From Iphione sp. A-MEVVRFRX5 (lineage: Eukaryota), in NCBI GenBank assembly GCA_976226885.1, contig OZ320317.1:78368001-78432000 (forward strand): a stretch of 64,000 bases of DNA, in the 5' to 3' direction. The position numbers and the translations under genes are program-made. Every line of letters starts with the position of its first letter. Position 1 is the first letter of the stretch. Below the pieces are notes generated by a model, which saw only the letters and a list, made by a program, of their open reading frames with translations, was not told the origin of the DNA and searched no databases. Shown here piece by piece: positions 1 to 13,341 of this stretch.

Positions 1-3000
1 GATATTCCTAATCAGAGGTTGCTTTATCTGTGTATTGGAGTGTGGCATTCTGTAATTATTTCTGTTTCAAGGGATATTGCACATCCACAAAGTTCTCCTG
101 ATATCTCTTAGCATGATACCACTTAACACACGAATAACGATCTGAAAGTTCTTGCTAAGAGATAGTGACGCAAAACCAAGGGGGATCCTCTTTGTTTTAT
201 GAGTTATAACATTTGATAAGTCGGAATACCAGTACCCCTTTCAGAACCCTACGCCACCAGGACCTATTGACAAAACAGTTGAGGATTCCGCTGTATGCGA
301 ATGCCGAAATGGTAATCAATTAGTATTCGAAATCACACTTGGAATCATCCGTCTTGAAAAGGAAAACTTTGAAGTCACATAAGGTGGAAAAAAGAATGAT
401 TGATTTGCTGCTGATAGTAAGGAAACACTCCGGATCACTTTCTGTAGAAAATGTTTCTGGAAGGAAGTACGAGTAAAACAATAGATAGAATTGGCAGCAC
501 TCATCTGCAGTGACGAAAGAGCTTGTGTTACTGAAATGCTCCATCTAATGGAAGGGAAACACAACATAAAAGGCATGCACACCTATAACCCACACTGTCT
601 CCATCTTTCGCATACATGTAAGTTGAATACCTGGGTCAAGAAGTATTTATCAAATTAAGGAAATCAATATCCATTAAATGAGTGTGCAGTTGGATGACAT
701 TCGCGTCCTTTTGCTACATGAATTATGGCTAAAGGAGTCCATTGTGTTTCCTGATTGAAACGATGCTTTTTGCACTATTGTGATTGAGATGAAGTCAAAA
801 TATTGTAGTGAATGATGGTACGACTACATAGTGGTCAGCTCTTATGTACCCCATGTATAATTATAAGAAAGAGGGTTCCTGTGAGATTAAGTGATCCATC
901 TTTTTGAGTGTTCCTGATATTTCATGATGACCGTTGGGTAATCGCTGCTAATGCCGTATTAGCGGGTTCGTGCCAATTGACCGTGTATTAATATCAATAT
1001 CTAAGGGGCACTGCTTTATCAAATGAAGAGACACTACACACACCCTGGTCCTGTGTCGGATATTTCTTTCTCTGCTGGCAGAATCACTAGGACCTGGAAC
1101 CACTAACTGACAGACATACCCCATTTTACTCAATTTGATTGCTTTGTGTGGACAATTCAATTAATACCATGCTGCGATCACAAATATAAAAAATCACTTG
1201 GTTCCAGCCATACCTTATTTCATAGAAAACACTCCATACGAAAAGTTAGTGGAAATTCTTGTAAAGAGTGGTAAAGACTGTGTTCATCAGAAATACTTCC
1301 CACTGTGATAGCATGAACAGTTACCAGAAATGACGTAATATGAACAGGGGGATCCGTGGACAGTTTTAGCTTTCCTACCTTGACGTGAATATATACGGAC
1401 CTAATTGGGTCATCCATTTATTGGACAGTGCTATTTTGCTATAGTTATAACATGTGCTTCCCAATGATATGGAAACTGGGAGTTGCAGTGCTAAACATGA
1501 AGAAGACGCGTTCCCCGAAGCCGTTTACTCGGACGGGCTCGTACCGTCATGACCTACGATATCGCTCGGGCCAAAGGGATGCTCGCACGATTCTCTCTCC
1601 CGTGGAGAGCTTGAAAGATGGTTCACCTCATGTGCGTAATCCCTTAGAGAGATGTACAGTGTACTTCCCTCTCTTCGTTCTTGCCTGCTGTCTCCCTTGC
1701 TGGATGAACCATGTTGCTTCTAACGTTTATTTGAAGGGGCACCCAGGAATGAGAGGAGTTGGTCGCGCGGCGCCCTCTAGCAGCAAAGACCAGCAGCAGG
1801 CCACCCTGCTCACGAGACGGCCAGACAGCAGTCGTTTACAGCTCGGCCGGTAGAGGGCCCTGCCTGGTGGTGGTCGCCGGATCGTAAACGTAACCCATTA
1901 CTGAGCCTTTACCCTGCACCATGAAGCTGCTCCCCGCATGCTAGTTAGGGAATAGGACCCCTGGGAGTTGGAGGGCTGCTTCAAGGACTTGCTTGAAAGA
2001 TGTGCGGGGGAAGGAGCACGGGTGGCAGGGGCCAAATAGTTAGCTATAGCACTCTTCCTGGTAGGCAGCTGCAGACCAAACTTAGGAACCAGACCACAGG
2101 GGATCTGGACTCCATTAGACATTCCTTGCAATATGGGCGGCAACGCCTACATGGGAGGTCCTTACCGGTTAGAGGTAATAGAATCATTAAGAGGCTAAGT
2201 GTAATAATTTTCATAAAAGTGGAACATGTAGCCGCACTGGTCAAATCAAACGATAAGATGTTATATTCGTGGTTTTAGAGTAGGGCACTTGTAGTTGATG
2301 GAGGTCAGACCTCAAGTTGTCAATTAATCAAGCCATATTTCCATATTTCTTGAGAAAGAGCGATATGTCTAAGTTTGATAAGTAATGGTTATTGTTCAGT
2401 CAGTTACCGTAGTTACGAAGACTGATGTAATATACGGGCGAGGAGTGTGTTCTCCGAAGATCCGTGGAATATTCATACTCATACCAGCAGCAGATCTTTT
2501 ATCTCTACTTGTCAGAACCCAGCAATTTTTTTTTATTAATGAGAGGCAGAACCAATGGTGAATGGGAAGGCAGCGTACGTTCATATAACACGTATAAACA
2601 GGAGAAAACGTCGACATGTTGTGGAGCAAAATTCTTGTTAAAAGTCTTTCCTTTTAGCCTAAGGTTGACGTATAATGCTGCCTCGTATTAAGTATAGAGA
2701 ATAGCTTTGTCCTGCCGTCTACTTGGTCGTTAGAGTAACGACCATGGCACCTTACAAGTTATCGTAGCAGGACTGTCGACTCGCTATTGACCTCTTTATA
2801 ACGAGAGGCAATGGAGGTGTGGGTCAACTTGTTCCAGCACCTCCCTATAGACTAGCTACACCGTCAAAAACATCCAATGTACACTGCAATCTGGTTCAAT
2901 GCTGGGTAGTTACCCGCCCCTACAGGAAGCCTCTGCTTGCTGCTCACGGGACCAATGAGCTACTCAGGCCGACAGAATGGCTTCATAAACCACTCGAAAC

Positions 3001-4789
3001 CAGGCCAGGTAGGCAAAAGAGGTTGAACGAGAGGGTAGTAGCTGACTGCTGATTGGCTGTCAAATACACAGACCGGAGATGGCTGGGCCTATACATGTCT
3101 GGCGTATAACGACATGGAAGTTAGATTTAAGGGGGTCTAGGCGATCAGGGCTGCTGTAACCGCGGTTATCTAGGCGGGAGCGCAGGTGATAAACGAAAAG
3201 GGAAAGGGAAAGTTGATTGGATTCATATCGGCCTTAACGCGCAGCATGAACGCGACCATAACAACAACCACCGGCAGTTTCCGCTAGAATATTACCCGTA
3301 AACATCTTTGTATCTAGTCAGCCAACCATCCTTGAAAAGCAGTACCAGTAAAGCCGATCCGTTTATAAATGTATATACTGCGGATCGGAAATTCATTAAA
3401 GAGAAAAAAGTTTCCGACGATGTTTTCCCCTTGTATAAGATATACGAAGTGTCCTGTATTCTATTGGATTGGCGTCTGTGTGGAGCTGTAGGCTTAACAT
3501 TACTTTTTATGTACATGTAGGTACAGCCAACCAAGGCCATGTGATTAAAAGGAAAGACAGGGCGCGCGGAGGTGCAGAAGACAGGACTTAGTCCAAATCT
3601 TATGGTCCAAATCTTATAACAGGGATCTTGAACAATTGTCAGGTCAACGATTTCAAAGACTTAAAAAAGCTGGCGCACTATTGACAACTGATGAAATAAG
3701 TTCCCCTTTTTCCATGACAAGTTCCTACATCGGAGGGTCAGACATCAGCCAACCCCCACTATGTATACACTCTACGTAAGCCAGGAAGATAAAACTAAAT
3801 CTTGATTCATTAGAGGGGCGGACTACATTTTTACTGGTCCGGTGGCTCCAGTAGAGTGTATGTTCATTGCCACCCCTAACGACCAGACGTTCAGCCCGTG
3901 TAGTGACATGAATGCAGCAGTTACGGAGGGAGTGGCTCAGAGATCTCCTCTTCAAAATGATCCAGACCATTAGGGAATAATCAAGCCTACAGCAGGGGCG
4001 GTCAAGACCAGGCAGGGCAGTTCTGCTTGAGGAGAGGATTTCGGCCCCAGCGAGCAGCTCATTAAGTCCACTCCGGAAGGCAAGGCGCAGCTTGGCCCAG
4101 CCCACTTGATGGCTTAGATGGGCATGATTTATCGGAAGGAACAGCATCTGAGTATGTGCAGAAAGTGCTGCTTTCAGGTCATCGACAAACACAAAACATG
4201 GCCTCGGGCACGTCTTGGCTGCTTCATTCTGTCGACGGCCTGGATGGAATCGTCTTTATAGATGATTGAGGGCCATGCTGGTTAGAATTGGTTTTGAATT
4301 CGTTGAGCTTTCACGATTCTTTATGTGGATTCACGAGTTGAATACAGATCTCTTGAAGCTGTTGGAGGATAACTTCGAAAGAGATTAAAAGTCTTCTTGC
4401 TCGGCAAATGTGGCCGTTCCAATGTCATCATCAATCCTAATTGTAGGTGGCCATACGAAACCACATTGGTTTTCAATTTTGAAACACAATGTATAAGTTT
4501 TAAAAAAGTGAGATATCACTGTTTGAATACAACAATGTGGATTCACATCGCCCCAAAACTGTAAGAAAAGAGACAATGTTTTCTCAAAGAAGAAAAACAA
4601 ACATTTGAATTGGCTGGTTGTAAGATTTGCCTCACTGAGTCAGCGACGCCCGACCTCGTGACTAACTGGTGAGAGAAGCGCTTGCCAACACGTGGATGTA
4701 GAAGTCACTTAAACAATTTTCGTCGGAGGTCGCGCCTGTGGGCGGGTTAGCCTAAACGTTCGTTACGTCATTAATGAAGGTACACTCAC

Positions 4790-4948
4790 CCGGGGATGCC
4801 AGCCGACTCGACGTGGTATGCCAGCGTGACGTCATCACCCCAGACGTCGTACTGCCACTTCTTGAGGCCGAGGATTCCACAGAGGACGCGGCCCGTGTGG
4901 ATGCCAACGCGCATGCTCAGGTCGACGTCCGTGATCTCCCTGACGGCT
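4790..4948 (-). CDS. ADCY1: Adenylyl cyclase (ADCY1/rutabaga-like) coding exon, C1a domain C-terminal half
   Basis: 159 bp with canonical splice sites (tgtacag|A...GG|gtgagt). Translates (T)[52 protein letters not shown](G), the class III cyclase C1a signature. Phase matches the 5725-5852 exon. Confidence 0.93.
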
Positions 4949-5724
4949 CTGTACAATGACGAAAGGTAAACAGAGAGTGAGGGGCATTTATTTTACCAGC
5001 GAACGAGCAATTCTTTCCCTCCCTTTTTTATTATTGAATCGTTTGAATAGCTGGTAAATGGTTTACTAATGAACCTAATGCTGTCCTCAAATGTTCACGC
5101 GGTCTAATGTGCAATTCACCGCTAAATGGATTGCACATTCTAGAGTCTAATGGAAACCTCGGTGATGTTTTATCTTCATTGAGTGATGGACATCAATATG
5201 CCCCGTATATTTGTATATGTAGCGATGGGACCATCCACGTTGTATGTTTGGATATTGATTGCATTATACTCTGAAAAGGGTTGAAACAGAACTCTGGTTA
5301 TCATTATCATCGCCTAATCGGTTTACATTCGCATGATGACTAGGTCCTCCGGATTATCACAAAACACGAAACCTCTACACTCAGGACGATACTGATCGGC
5401 TCCGTCAGAATCTACCGGGAATGTCTGGCTTTCATACTGCACACTGCCGGAAGTTGTACTTTTATCAGCCTATAGACATATTTAGTGCGGCAGGTGTAAA
5501 TGTGGCATCTAGTAGAGATCCAGGCCGCCATAGAACAAAGTAAGAAAAATAACATAAGCCATCTCCAACTCGGCGATCCATCAGAGGCAAGTCCGTTCTG
5601 ACTAACCTGAACAAATAAGCTTCGAGGCTGCAGTTATAATATCTTTTTGCATCTAATATCCGGACGAGACAGTCCGACCGGTTTGTGCGTGTACATGTGG
5701 CCGGGCTGGCAGTGATGTACTCAC

Positions 5725-5852
5725 GTGATTGCCTCTATCATGTCGAGGCCCATCTCGACGGCGCAGTGGGCGTGGTCGGGCCTCGAGTCGGGCAGGCCGC
5801 TCACACAGTAGTAACAGTCGCCCAGAATCTTGATTCGCAAACAGTGGTTTTC
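5725..5852 (-). CDS. ADCY1: Adenylyl cyclase coding exon, C1a (second metal-binding Asp)
   Basis: 128 bp, cttccag|GAA...AC|gtgagt. Translates [42 protein letters not shown](T). Confidence 0.95.
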
Positions 5853-5924
5853 CTGGAAGCGAGACAGAGCATTGGGTGTAACCAGGAACATTTATGAACC
5901 GACCAGCCCACCTCCCTTCACATA

Positions 5925-6103
5925 CAGTGTAACCTCTCTACTATGGACAGCAAAGGGACTGACCACAAACTGTCAATAAAGAGGGTTGTCCTTAATATCA
6001 GGAGTATTTAAACATGAACATATACATTTGGTTCTGTTTCCAGTCTGTTCATAATATGAGGTGTCCTGAATAGGGGATTGTCTGTGATGAGGGGTTCGCC
6101 TTG
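5925..6103. mobile_element. Decayed Tc1/pogo-type MITE
   Basis: Starts TA|CAGTGTAACCTCTC. The right end gaggggttcgccttg|TA is a degenerate inverted copy. No coding capacity. Confidence 0.4.
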
Positions 6104-6967
6104 TATACAATATCTACCTACAACCTTACATACATACAGAGGACCCTTTCACATGCGGACAGTTGTAAACTCATGTAAATCCGTTTCGTGTTTGAGAGAT
6201 GGCTTCTTTAATGGCCTGCCCTTATTTAGGCTCTTCCTCTTTAATGGTATATATGCACAGTAGACGTACACTCTACATATGTACTTGAGTAACACGCGAA
6301 CACGACCTGCTGACGTACATTTGCTTATGTTAGGAAATTTGTGGAGATCCATACATTATTTAAAGACATGCAGTCATACATTCATAATATCTTATCTGAA
6401 ATGAAGATACTCGGGAGTAGGACAAAATATCATTTTTTTAATAACAAGGAATGGGACCTACGAGGTATATAGTCCCCCGCCTACTTTTAATCGATTGGTA
6501 CTACGGTCCCTTTCTATAAGTTTGGGATCCAATCATTCATGATTTATGACTACACAGTGGACATGACCTGAAATCATCATGTTTTTGGCTAGAACTTATA
6601 GGCCGTACCCATACTGGTTTCTTACTGTATATACTATTTATTTGTTCCCTTTTTGGTCTCATTTATGACCTCTTTGCTAACACTTTAAAGAATTCACAAA
6701 CAATGCTTAATTTCCATGTACGCCTATTTTCATAGCTGCGAGGGTGTGTTTTAGAGGTGGGTTTGGGGGACTATAGTTATCGACAGGTTTGCTACCTTTG
6801 TGGTGTATAGCAGGTAGTGTGTGTGCATTTGTACCGTATCTTCAAGTTGGGAAGGGTCCAAACCTATGTTTTTCAGCTATGATGGCATATGTTAAGTAGA
6901 ACCTATGGTTTTCTACTGAGATAATATATGATGAATATACTACATTTATACACATGCAAGCACAGCA

Positions 6968-7108
6968 ACAAAATTTACTTTTGACAGTACTTCAACGCAC
7001 TAAAACACATTACACTGCACACTTAAATGGAAATTAACACTTCCAAGGCACCACATGTGCTAATACATTCAAAGTGTTAAATACATTCTGTGTCAAAATT
7101 TAACTTGT
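6968..7108. repeat. Nested imperfect inverted repeat (possible MITE remnant) just inside the intron after the 7119 donor
   Basis: Outer arms acaaaatttacttttgaca / tgtcaaaatttaacttgt; inner arms ttaacact / agtgttaa. Confidence 0.35.
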
Positions 7109-7118
7109 GCATACTTAC

Positions 7119-7230
7119 TGTGGCGAGCTGGTCAAAGCGTCCAAATAGCTCATTTAGGATCTTCACTAGTTCTTGGGCTGTACACTGGGATGCCAAGGCA
7201 GTGAATCCAACTATATCAGCAAAGAGAATA
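7119..7230 (-). CDS. ADCY1: Adenylyl cyclase coding exon, C1a (first metal-binding Asp)
   Basis: 112 bp, gtttcag|T...ACA|gtaagt. Translates (S)[37 protein letters not shown], which from memory is closest to ADCY1-type sequences. Confidence 0.95.
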
Positions 7231-9814
7231 CTGAAACAAAACAGTGGGTTAACCTTGAAACGAGATCGAACTTATATAGAACACACAACTTCTTTACATG
7301 GGATGGCCTCTACTTGGTAAATGCAAGAACAGAGGAGGGGGCGGAGAATACAGAAACATTTGGACAACTCGAAAAAGAATACTTTCCATGTTGATAAAAT
7401 TGGAATCCTACCCGCTATGTTTCCTAAGCTGCATTATATGTCAAATGATCGTGAATGTTCTAGTGATTACTAACTATCTGGGACGCAATAGCCTCAATGC
7501 TCTGTCATTTACTTGAGGTAATTTCGATTGGTACATTTTTTAATCAGCACAGAGAGAAATGAAGCTGGTTAGCACATTTATGAACAATCATCCACCTTAG
7601 CAAGAACATGTAGTAACTGCCCACGACCAGCAGCACGAGGTTAGGGGGGGGGGGGGTACAGCCAACTCTGGCTGTAGGCGACATGCAATATTGAGCTGAC
7701 GGGTAGGCTGGGGTGGATTGGCAGGGGTGTACTGAGTCAAACCATGCTCTATAAAACCTCACAAAGTGATTGGTTGCACCATAAACGACACAGAATCGAT
7801 CAAGGATTTTGCAAAAAATATCAATTTCAGTCGTTTAACCATTGCCTCTGGTGGGACATGCGATTTGTATAGATTTCTCTGAAGGATTTACCTTGTAAGA
7901 TAAAGTAAAGATTGAGCCCGTTTTTTTCACAGGCAGCAGTTTCATCTGTGCAGTATTTCTTAGTGAGTTGTGACAGCATTTTTAACTTTCAAGTTAAAAT
8001 AGCCTTTCAATATTTACACTTTAAATGCAAAGCAGCGATCTTAAGGTGGTGGACTTGCTCTAGACAATATTGGCAATCCCTGCACAGGCCTGATAGGAAT
8101 TAGGGTTTTCAGGGACAGAAGTAGACAGCATGCGTTATTCAGGGAAACATTCGTATAGTAGTTTTAATACAATGTCAAGAAGAAAGTTATGAAAGAGCAG
8201 GAGGTTCGAAAGACCAGGACTTCAAACAAGGTAGGTAAGTATCTTAAGTCAAGGCGCTTGGAGAGCAATCCAGAATACAGAAATAAACAGGGTAAAGCCA
8301 CACCGGTGAAAGAAAAGCGTATAAATAAAGATGATGTGTTTAGGTAAGGAATATATGCGAGGCTGTTAAACAGCAATATGTTACAGTTAATTCATTTACT
8401 TCTGCTTTCCCGTATTGAATATCAATATGGTACAATCAACACATGTTACCAACATCTTAGGTACTGTAGAACGATTCCTGAATCTTCATATTAGATTGAG
8501 GTAGAGAGCTAACGTTGTAACTCTACGTTTTAACATATAAGGAACAGAAAAGGTTACATGAAGCCTACTTGACATTAATGGCTGCCAGGTAATGTATGGT
8601 AACCTAAAGAAAGTCGCTAAATTCTGGAAGGTTAAAATTTCTCATCTTGATATGGCAGGCATTTGACTCGAGTAATAAATGACAAGTCAATGGATCCAGG
8701 GTGTTATGTGGCTTCAGACAGCAACCCTAATTGAGGGATACCTCTGAGGGCCATTTCATACATGTTATCATGAATACATGCTGGGTGAAGTGGGCCTCCT
8801 GAGAACCCAACATTCTCATACTACCCTCCGGTAAGTAATAACACATCCAGTCGACGCTGGTGCATAAATCTGTGGACATCCGTGTTGACATCTCATCACC
8901 ATTTACCTTGGCAACACGCTGATCTGAACCCCATTATTGAGCCAACTACTGCACGCATTACGAGGCCTGCATGGCATTCTTAGAGAGCTTATGATTGGCC
9001 GCTATGATATAGCTGGCACGTGACCGGACTCACCTGACCTCATTCCGAGTGCTGCGAGATCGGAAGGAGATTTCAAAATTCATCTTTGAACAACGGTAAA
9101 ATATCATCTACTGACAATAATCTGATGTTGAGATACGGTATATGGAAATGAGAAATTTCATGAGCAAAGTACTGAACGCTCCCTCACTGCAACTCCATCG
9201 TAAAAGATGACTCCCACCTTTGATATTGTTCATAAACACTCAGCGCACTCCCATTCCGACATAAAAGTTTCATATGAGTCTATGCAGACTGACCATTGTT
9301 TATGTGTCCATTTCATATTTTCAAGATGAAACAACGATGGTCCCATTTAAGCAACAAACAGGGGTACAGGTACATATCTATCATAGTGAATTACTAATTG
9401 CGCATTCATAGAAAATAAGCCACATTCAGGTGTTAACGATACTCCACCCCTGGTCTTTCAGCACAGGTTATCAAGGAGGCTGACATGCCTTGAAGGAGCC
9501 ATCGCCACATAAGACACAAAGCCTCTGTTAGGCATGCCAGGACGTAAGCCTTAACACCAGTGAAGGATGAGGGTCTTGCATTTTGAAGAAAAAATCTTTA
9601 TTAATTGTCTAATGTCTTGAAAGAAAATAGTCATTATTCAATTGTCGTATAAAAGTGAAATTTCTTGTCGATATATTAAATGGTGAAAAGCATTCTTTGT
9701 ATTTTGCATTTTTTCGGCATTTTAAAGTCATATACAAAGTGAATTTTCAGGGTATGAGAAAGCAGAGCGTACTTCCACACCAGACAAAGAGACAGTAACG
9801 ACCCACAGGCCTAC

Positions 9815-9933
9815 CTGACGCTCTCGTGTCTCTGGATATAAATCTTCTGCAGCAATCCCTCATGGGGCGTGATGAGGTCGTTCTTCAATTCCATAGCAAC
9901 GTGGTGTGGCAGAACACTCAACAGGAGGCGCTC
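9815..9933 (-). CDS. ADCY1: Adenylyl cyclase coding exon, helical (coiled-coil) linker into C1a
   Basis: 119 bp, ttgctag|GAG...AG|gtaggc. Translates [39 protein letters not shown](S). Confidence 0.93.
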
Positions 9934-11530
9934 CTAGCAACAGATCAGCGAACACAGGGGGTTGGAGATTGAAATCACGAGGTTGGAAAGCGGGGTATAC
10001 AATGCGGCGAAGTCAGCTCGACACAGCAAAAGGCTCTTCAGCCTCCTTCTCTTCTTTGTCTCCCCTCCCACGTATCTCGATCCCTCTCTGCCCCTCTCTA
10101 TTTGGCGGTTGCGGCTACATATATAACTTTCTCTATCAATCACTCTCTCTCGACGTTCGACTACTCGGCTGTCTTCCAGCTCCCGCTCAACTCCATCAAT
10201 TTGTCTGTCTGTGTGCTTCTTTCTCTCGCCCTGCCCTCCCGTGTCACCGGCCCTTTCTTCTACCTACGGTCCATTTCAACCTAGAAATTTACATTAATCA
10301 CCTGCATACCTGTGCTGTTTTACATAAAAGCACTCACATGATACTGCAGTAGAAATGCTGTATGGTTGTTTAGAACGATGCACAGCAGCACATCATTATT
10401 TATGGAAGGATATTCTATGAGAAGTTTTCACTGAAGCAACAATATGTATACCCAGGAAAGTGTAACGAATAGACAGCTGGCAGTATCTAGCTTGTGTTAT
10501 GTCTTTTTAGTGTATATTAGCCACTGGGTGTAGGCGTTTCCTGCCAGTATTACATCCCCTTATCGAGAACCTCTGCCAAAAGTTGGCGTGAAAGTACGTC
10601 TCCGTTTCTCAACTCTTAACCCTTCCTATCAATGGTCCTTGCCCAGCACTGCACTGTATTCCTTCACTGAAAGGTGTCGATCAATACACTTCCTTCAGTA
10701 TTTTTTAGGCTTATTTACTTTTTTGGCTATCACAAAGCGAGTATCAACACAACGTTACAACGTAAGTTGCCAAGCAAAGAAACACACGTCCAGATTTGTA
10801 AATATAACATCAACCCTTTACTTTTATCACTGCGTACACATATTTCCCCTGCCTTCCTGCTAATCTTGCTATTACTAACACCTATATTTATTTGTTTAAC
10901 TCTCAAAGTATTCAAGGCACATCATATTCGAAACACGATAACCACGGGTTTCATCAGTTCCGTGTTTCCCTGGTCGTGAGAGGAACCGAGAGGACTAACT
11001 GTAGCTTCGGGTTCATTAAGAGCCGTCTGTACGACGAAGGTCCATCAGAGAGAGCACATGGTGATACCGTAGTTGCCGCCATGGACTTTTTGCCTTAATG
11101 TCACCCTCTATGTAGTCACAGAAGATTTCAATCCAGATCAAGCAGAAACTCCGCCTTTCTTTCGAAACCCGCCCGGTAAAAAAGAGAGTGTCTGGTCGCT
11201 GACATATTAGGTCGACTGTTCGTGAGGTGGGTTGTATATTAGCCTTTTCATAACGAGTAAATATAAGTGGAGACTTCCTTTCTGTGCCTCTGTCTACTCT
11301 ACCTTACACGTACATTTAATTCTTCTACTTTAACTCTATTTGTATTTCATTTTTCTCGCCCTATTCATTGCTTTTTTATATCCAGTAAACCTTATTCGAG
11401 TCAAAGGATCATTTTGATACGAACCTGATACAAAAGGAATTATTTGTGTAACAAATGTACATGCCAGAATCAAGAGTTTAATGAAAAAGAAGAAAGACTC
11501 AACGTAAATGGCAAAATAGCCATCTCTTAC

Positions 11531-11680
11531 CAACTTCTGGTTTTCGTCCTCCATTTCAAGACGTGCTGCGATACAATTCCGCGTGTCTGTAAAGGCTTTC
11601 CTCTGCGCATGCTCGGTGCGGTCGTGCAGATAGACACCAGCAATATTGACGGTGATGAATATAATGATGTTTGCTGTCAC
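11531..11680 (-). CDS. ADCY1: Adenylyl cyclase coding exon, TM6 and start of helical domain
   Basis: 150 bp, catccag|GTG...TTG|gtaaga. Translates VTANIIIFITVNIAGVYLHDRTEHAQRKAFTDTRNCIAARLEMEDENQKL. Lies inside listed ORF 11336..11794. Confidence 0.92.
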
Positions 11681-13293
11681 CTGGATGAAAAAAATAAACA
11701 CTTTATGTATCCTTTCAGCATTTTCTGTAACAGTTTTTATTGGAACGTAATTGTATAATAGCTGTAATGTAGGTCTGTTGTTGTGATGTATCACGCTACT
11801 ACTTGTGCATATATGCGTATGTATGGCGGTTGGTTCGGAGCAATTTTAGAACATTTTCCTTTTGGTAGTGATCGATGGTAGAATGGTTACTGTGGACTGT
11901 ATCGCAAAGTGTCAGTTACATAAGAGTTCCTTTCTGTATAACATGTTTCTCCTCCATTATGCTTCAACACAGGCAGACAAGGCCTGGTACATGTCAGTCT
12001 ACAGCTGCTGATCCAATGCTGCTGCTGGGTTCCTTCTTCAGTGCCCATTAACTGTTCCTGTGTCAGAAGTACACAAAACATTCACTTGGTAATGGTTTGT
12101 GTAATAAAAAAAAGTAAATTTTGTATGAAAGTTGAGGGTATACATATATTATACAGATCAAAATGACAGTGACCTTCCCGTCAGTACATAACCCCTTTCC
12201 TGCCAGATGTTTTAATAAAGTTCCGATAAGGCCCACAACATGTGCAACTACTGAACATTGGTAGTTAATGTCGTTTTGGTTTAGATTTTCCACAGACGTT
12301 TTAGGGGCAGACAAAAAAAATGGGTACGAAAATGCTCCGTGCAGTAAGAGAAATTTGGTGAGGTCTGGTATGAAGACTGAATGTACAATATATCAAAAAC
12401 TGACAGTTTATAGCGCTCTTCCTCTCGGTATTAAATTCCTACATTTAACAATATTAAATAAAATATTACAAGACCTACAACATGTGGATCTACTGTAGGT
12501 GAGGTAATGCAGGCAGGGTTTCTCTTCCTGGAGCAGTCTGGGAGACAGAAAAAATAGACCAAGTTGCATTTACCATGTGGGTTGTGAATGATATCCATCA
12601 ACCCATCGCCGTCTACTGTGAGGCAAGAGAAACGTGCGCCCGCAGCACAAAAATACCGGGAGGTGTTCCTTCCTGAGAGCCGGGAGGAAAAACAGGTAAA
12701 TGTCTAACGGAAGTCTGTCTTCGGGGCGTGGGTTGCGCCGTAAATGTTTGTATTCATGCGTGAGTGTGTATATGTGCGTGTGTTTGTGTGTTAAGGTGAG
12801 TGACAACGAGTGGGGTAGCATGGCTGTACTTTTTTGTGTGGAAAGTTGGTCAAGTTTGTGGGCAGTATTAGACGAACCCATGAACATGTGCCATTGCGGA
12901 GTGGAAAAAAACTTTTAACCCCGTTGATGAAGTAACTCTAGATGGGCCATTATGACCAGAGTCCGATTAACCCTGTAGATACGCTCAGTACTGTCAGATA
13001 GATTGTGAGGTCATAATATCAATTCAGTCATTCAAAATACCATATGAACTCGATGGTATAGGCTACTGCTGGCTGAGTGGAATGTAGGAGTGGTATCAGT
13101 GCTTGTCAGAGCTCCAATGTTAGGCAGACTATGCTTTCAGGATTGGTAGTCTAAGCCAAGCAGCCTTCAGTGGGATGTTATCTCAGTAGTGCAAGGGACA
13201 CTGTGGCCTCAACTACAGCACACGCAGTCTTGCCTGTGAGGTGAGGTAGCATATGGGCTCAGTTATACATACATACACGTACATGAATATGAA

Positions 13294-13341
13294 ATCGTGG
13301 TGGCTATATGGTGTGCTATATCGTGGTGGCTATATGGTGTG
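13294..13341. repeat. 22-bp near-tandem duplication
   Basis: atcgtggtggctatatggtgtg at 13294-13315 and 13320-13341. Confidence 0.85.

Noticed and set aside
1-1420. Possible decayed LINE ORF2 on the minus strand (fragments like NKEDP...TIS and VDVQYPLKQK)
   Set aside because: The motif resemblance is too weak and stop-ridden to call without a profile search.
3725-4192. 155-aa minus-strand ORF (FVFVDDL, Walker-B-like)
   Set aside because: No other recognisable motif. It is not the next cyclase exon (the expected R/KVHIT...YEVEPG was not found in 1-4789).
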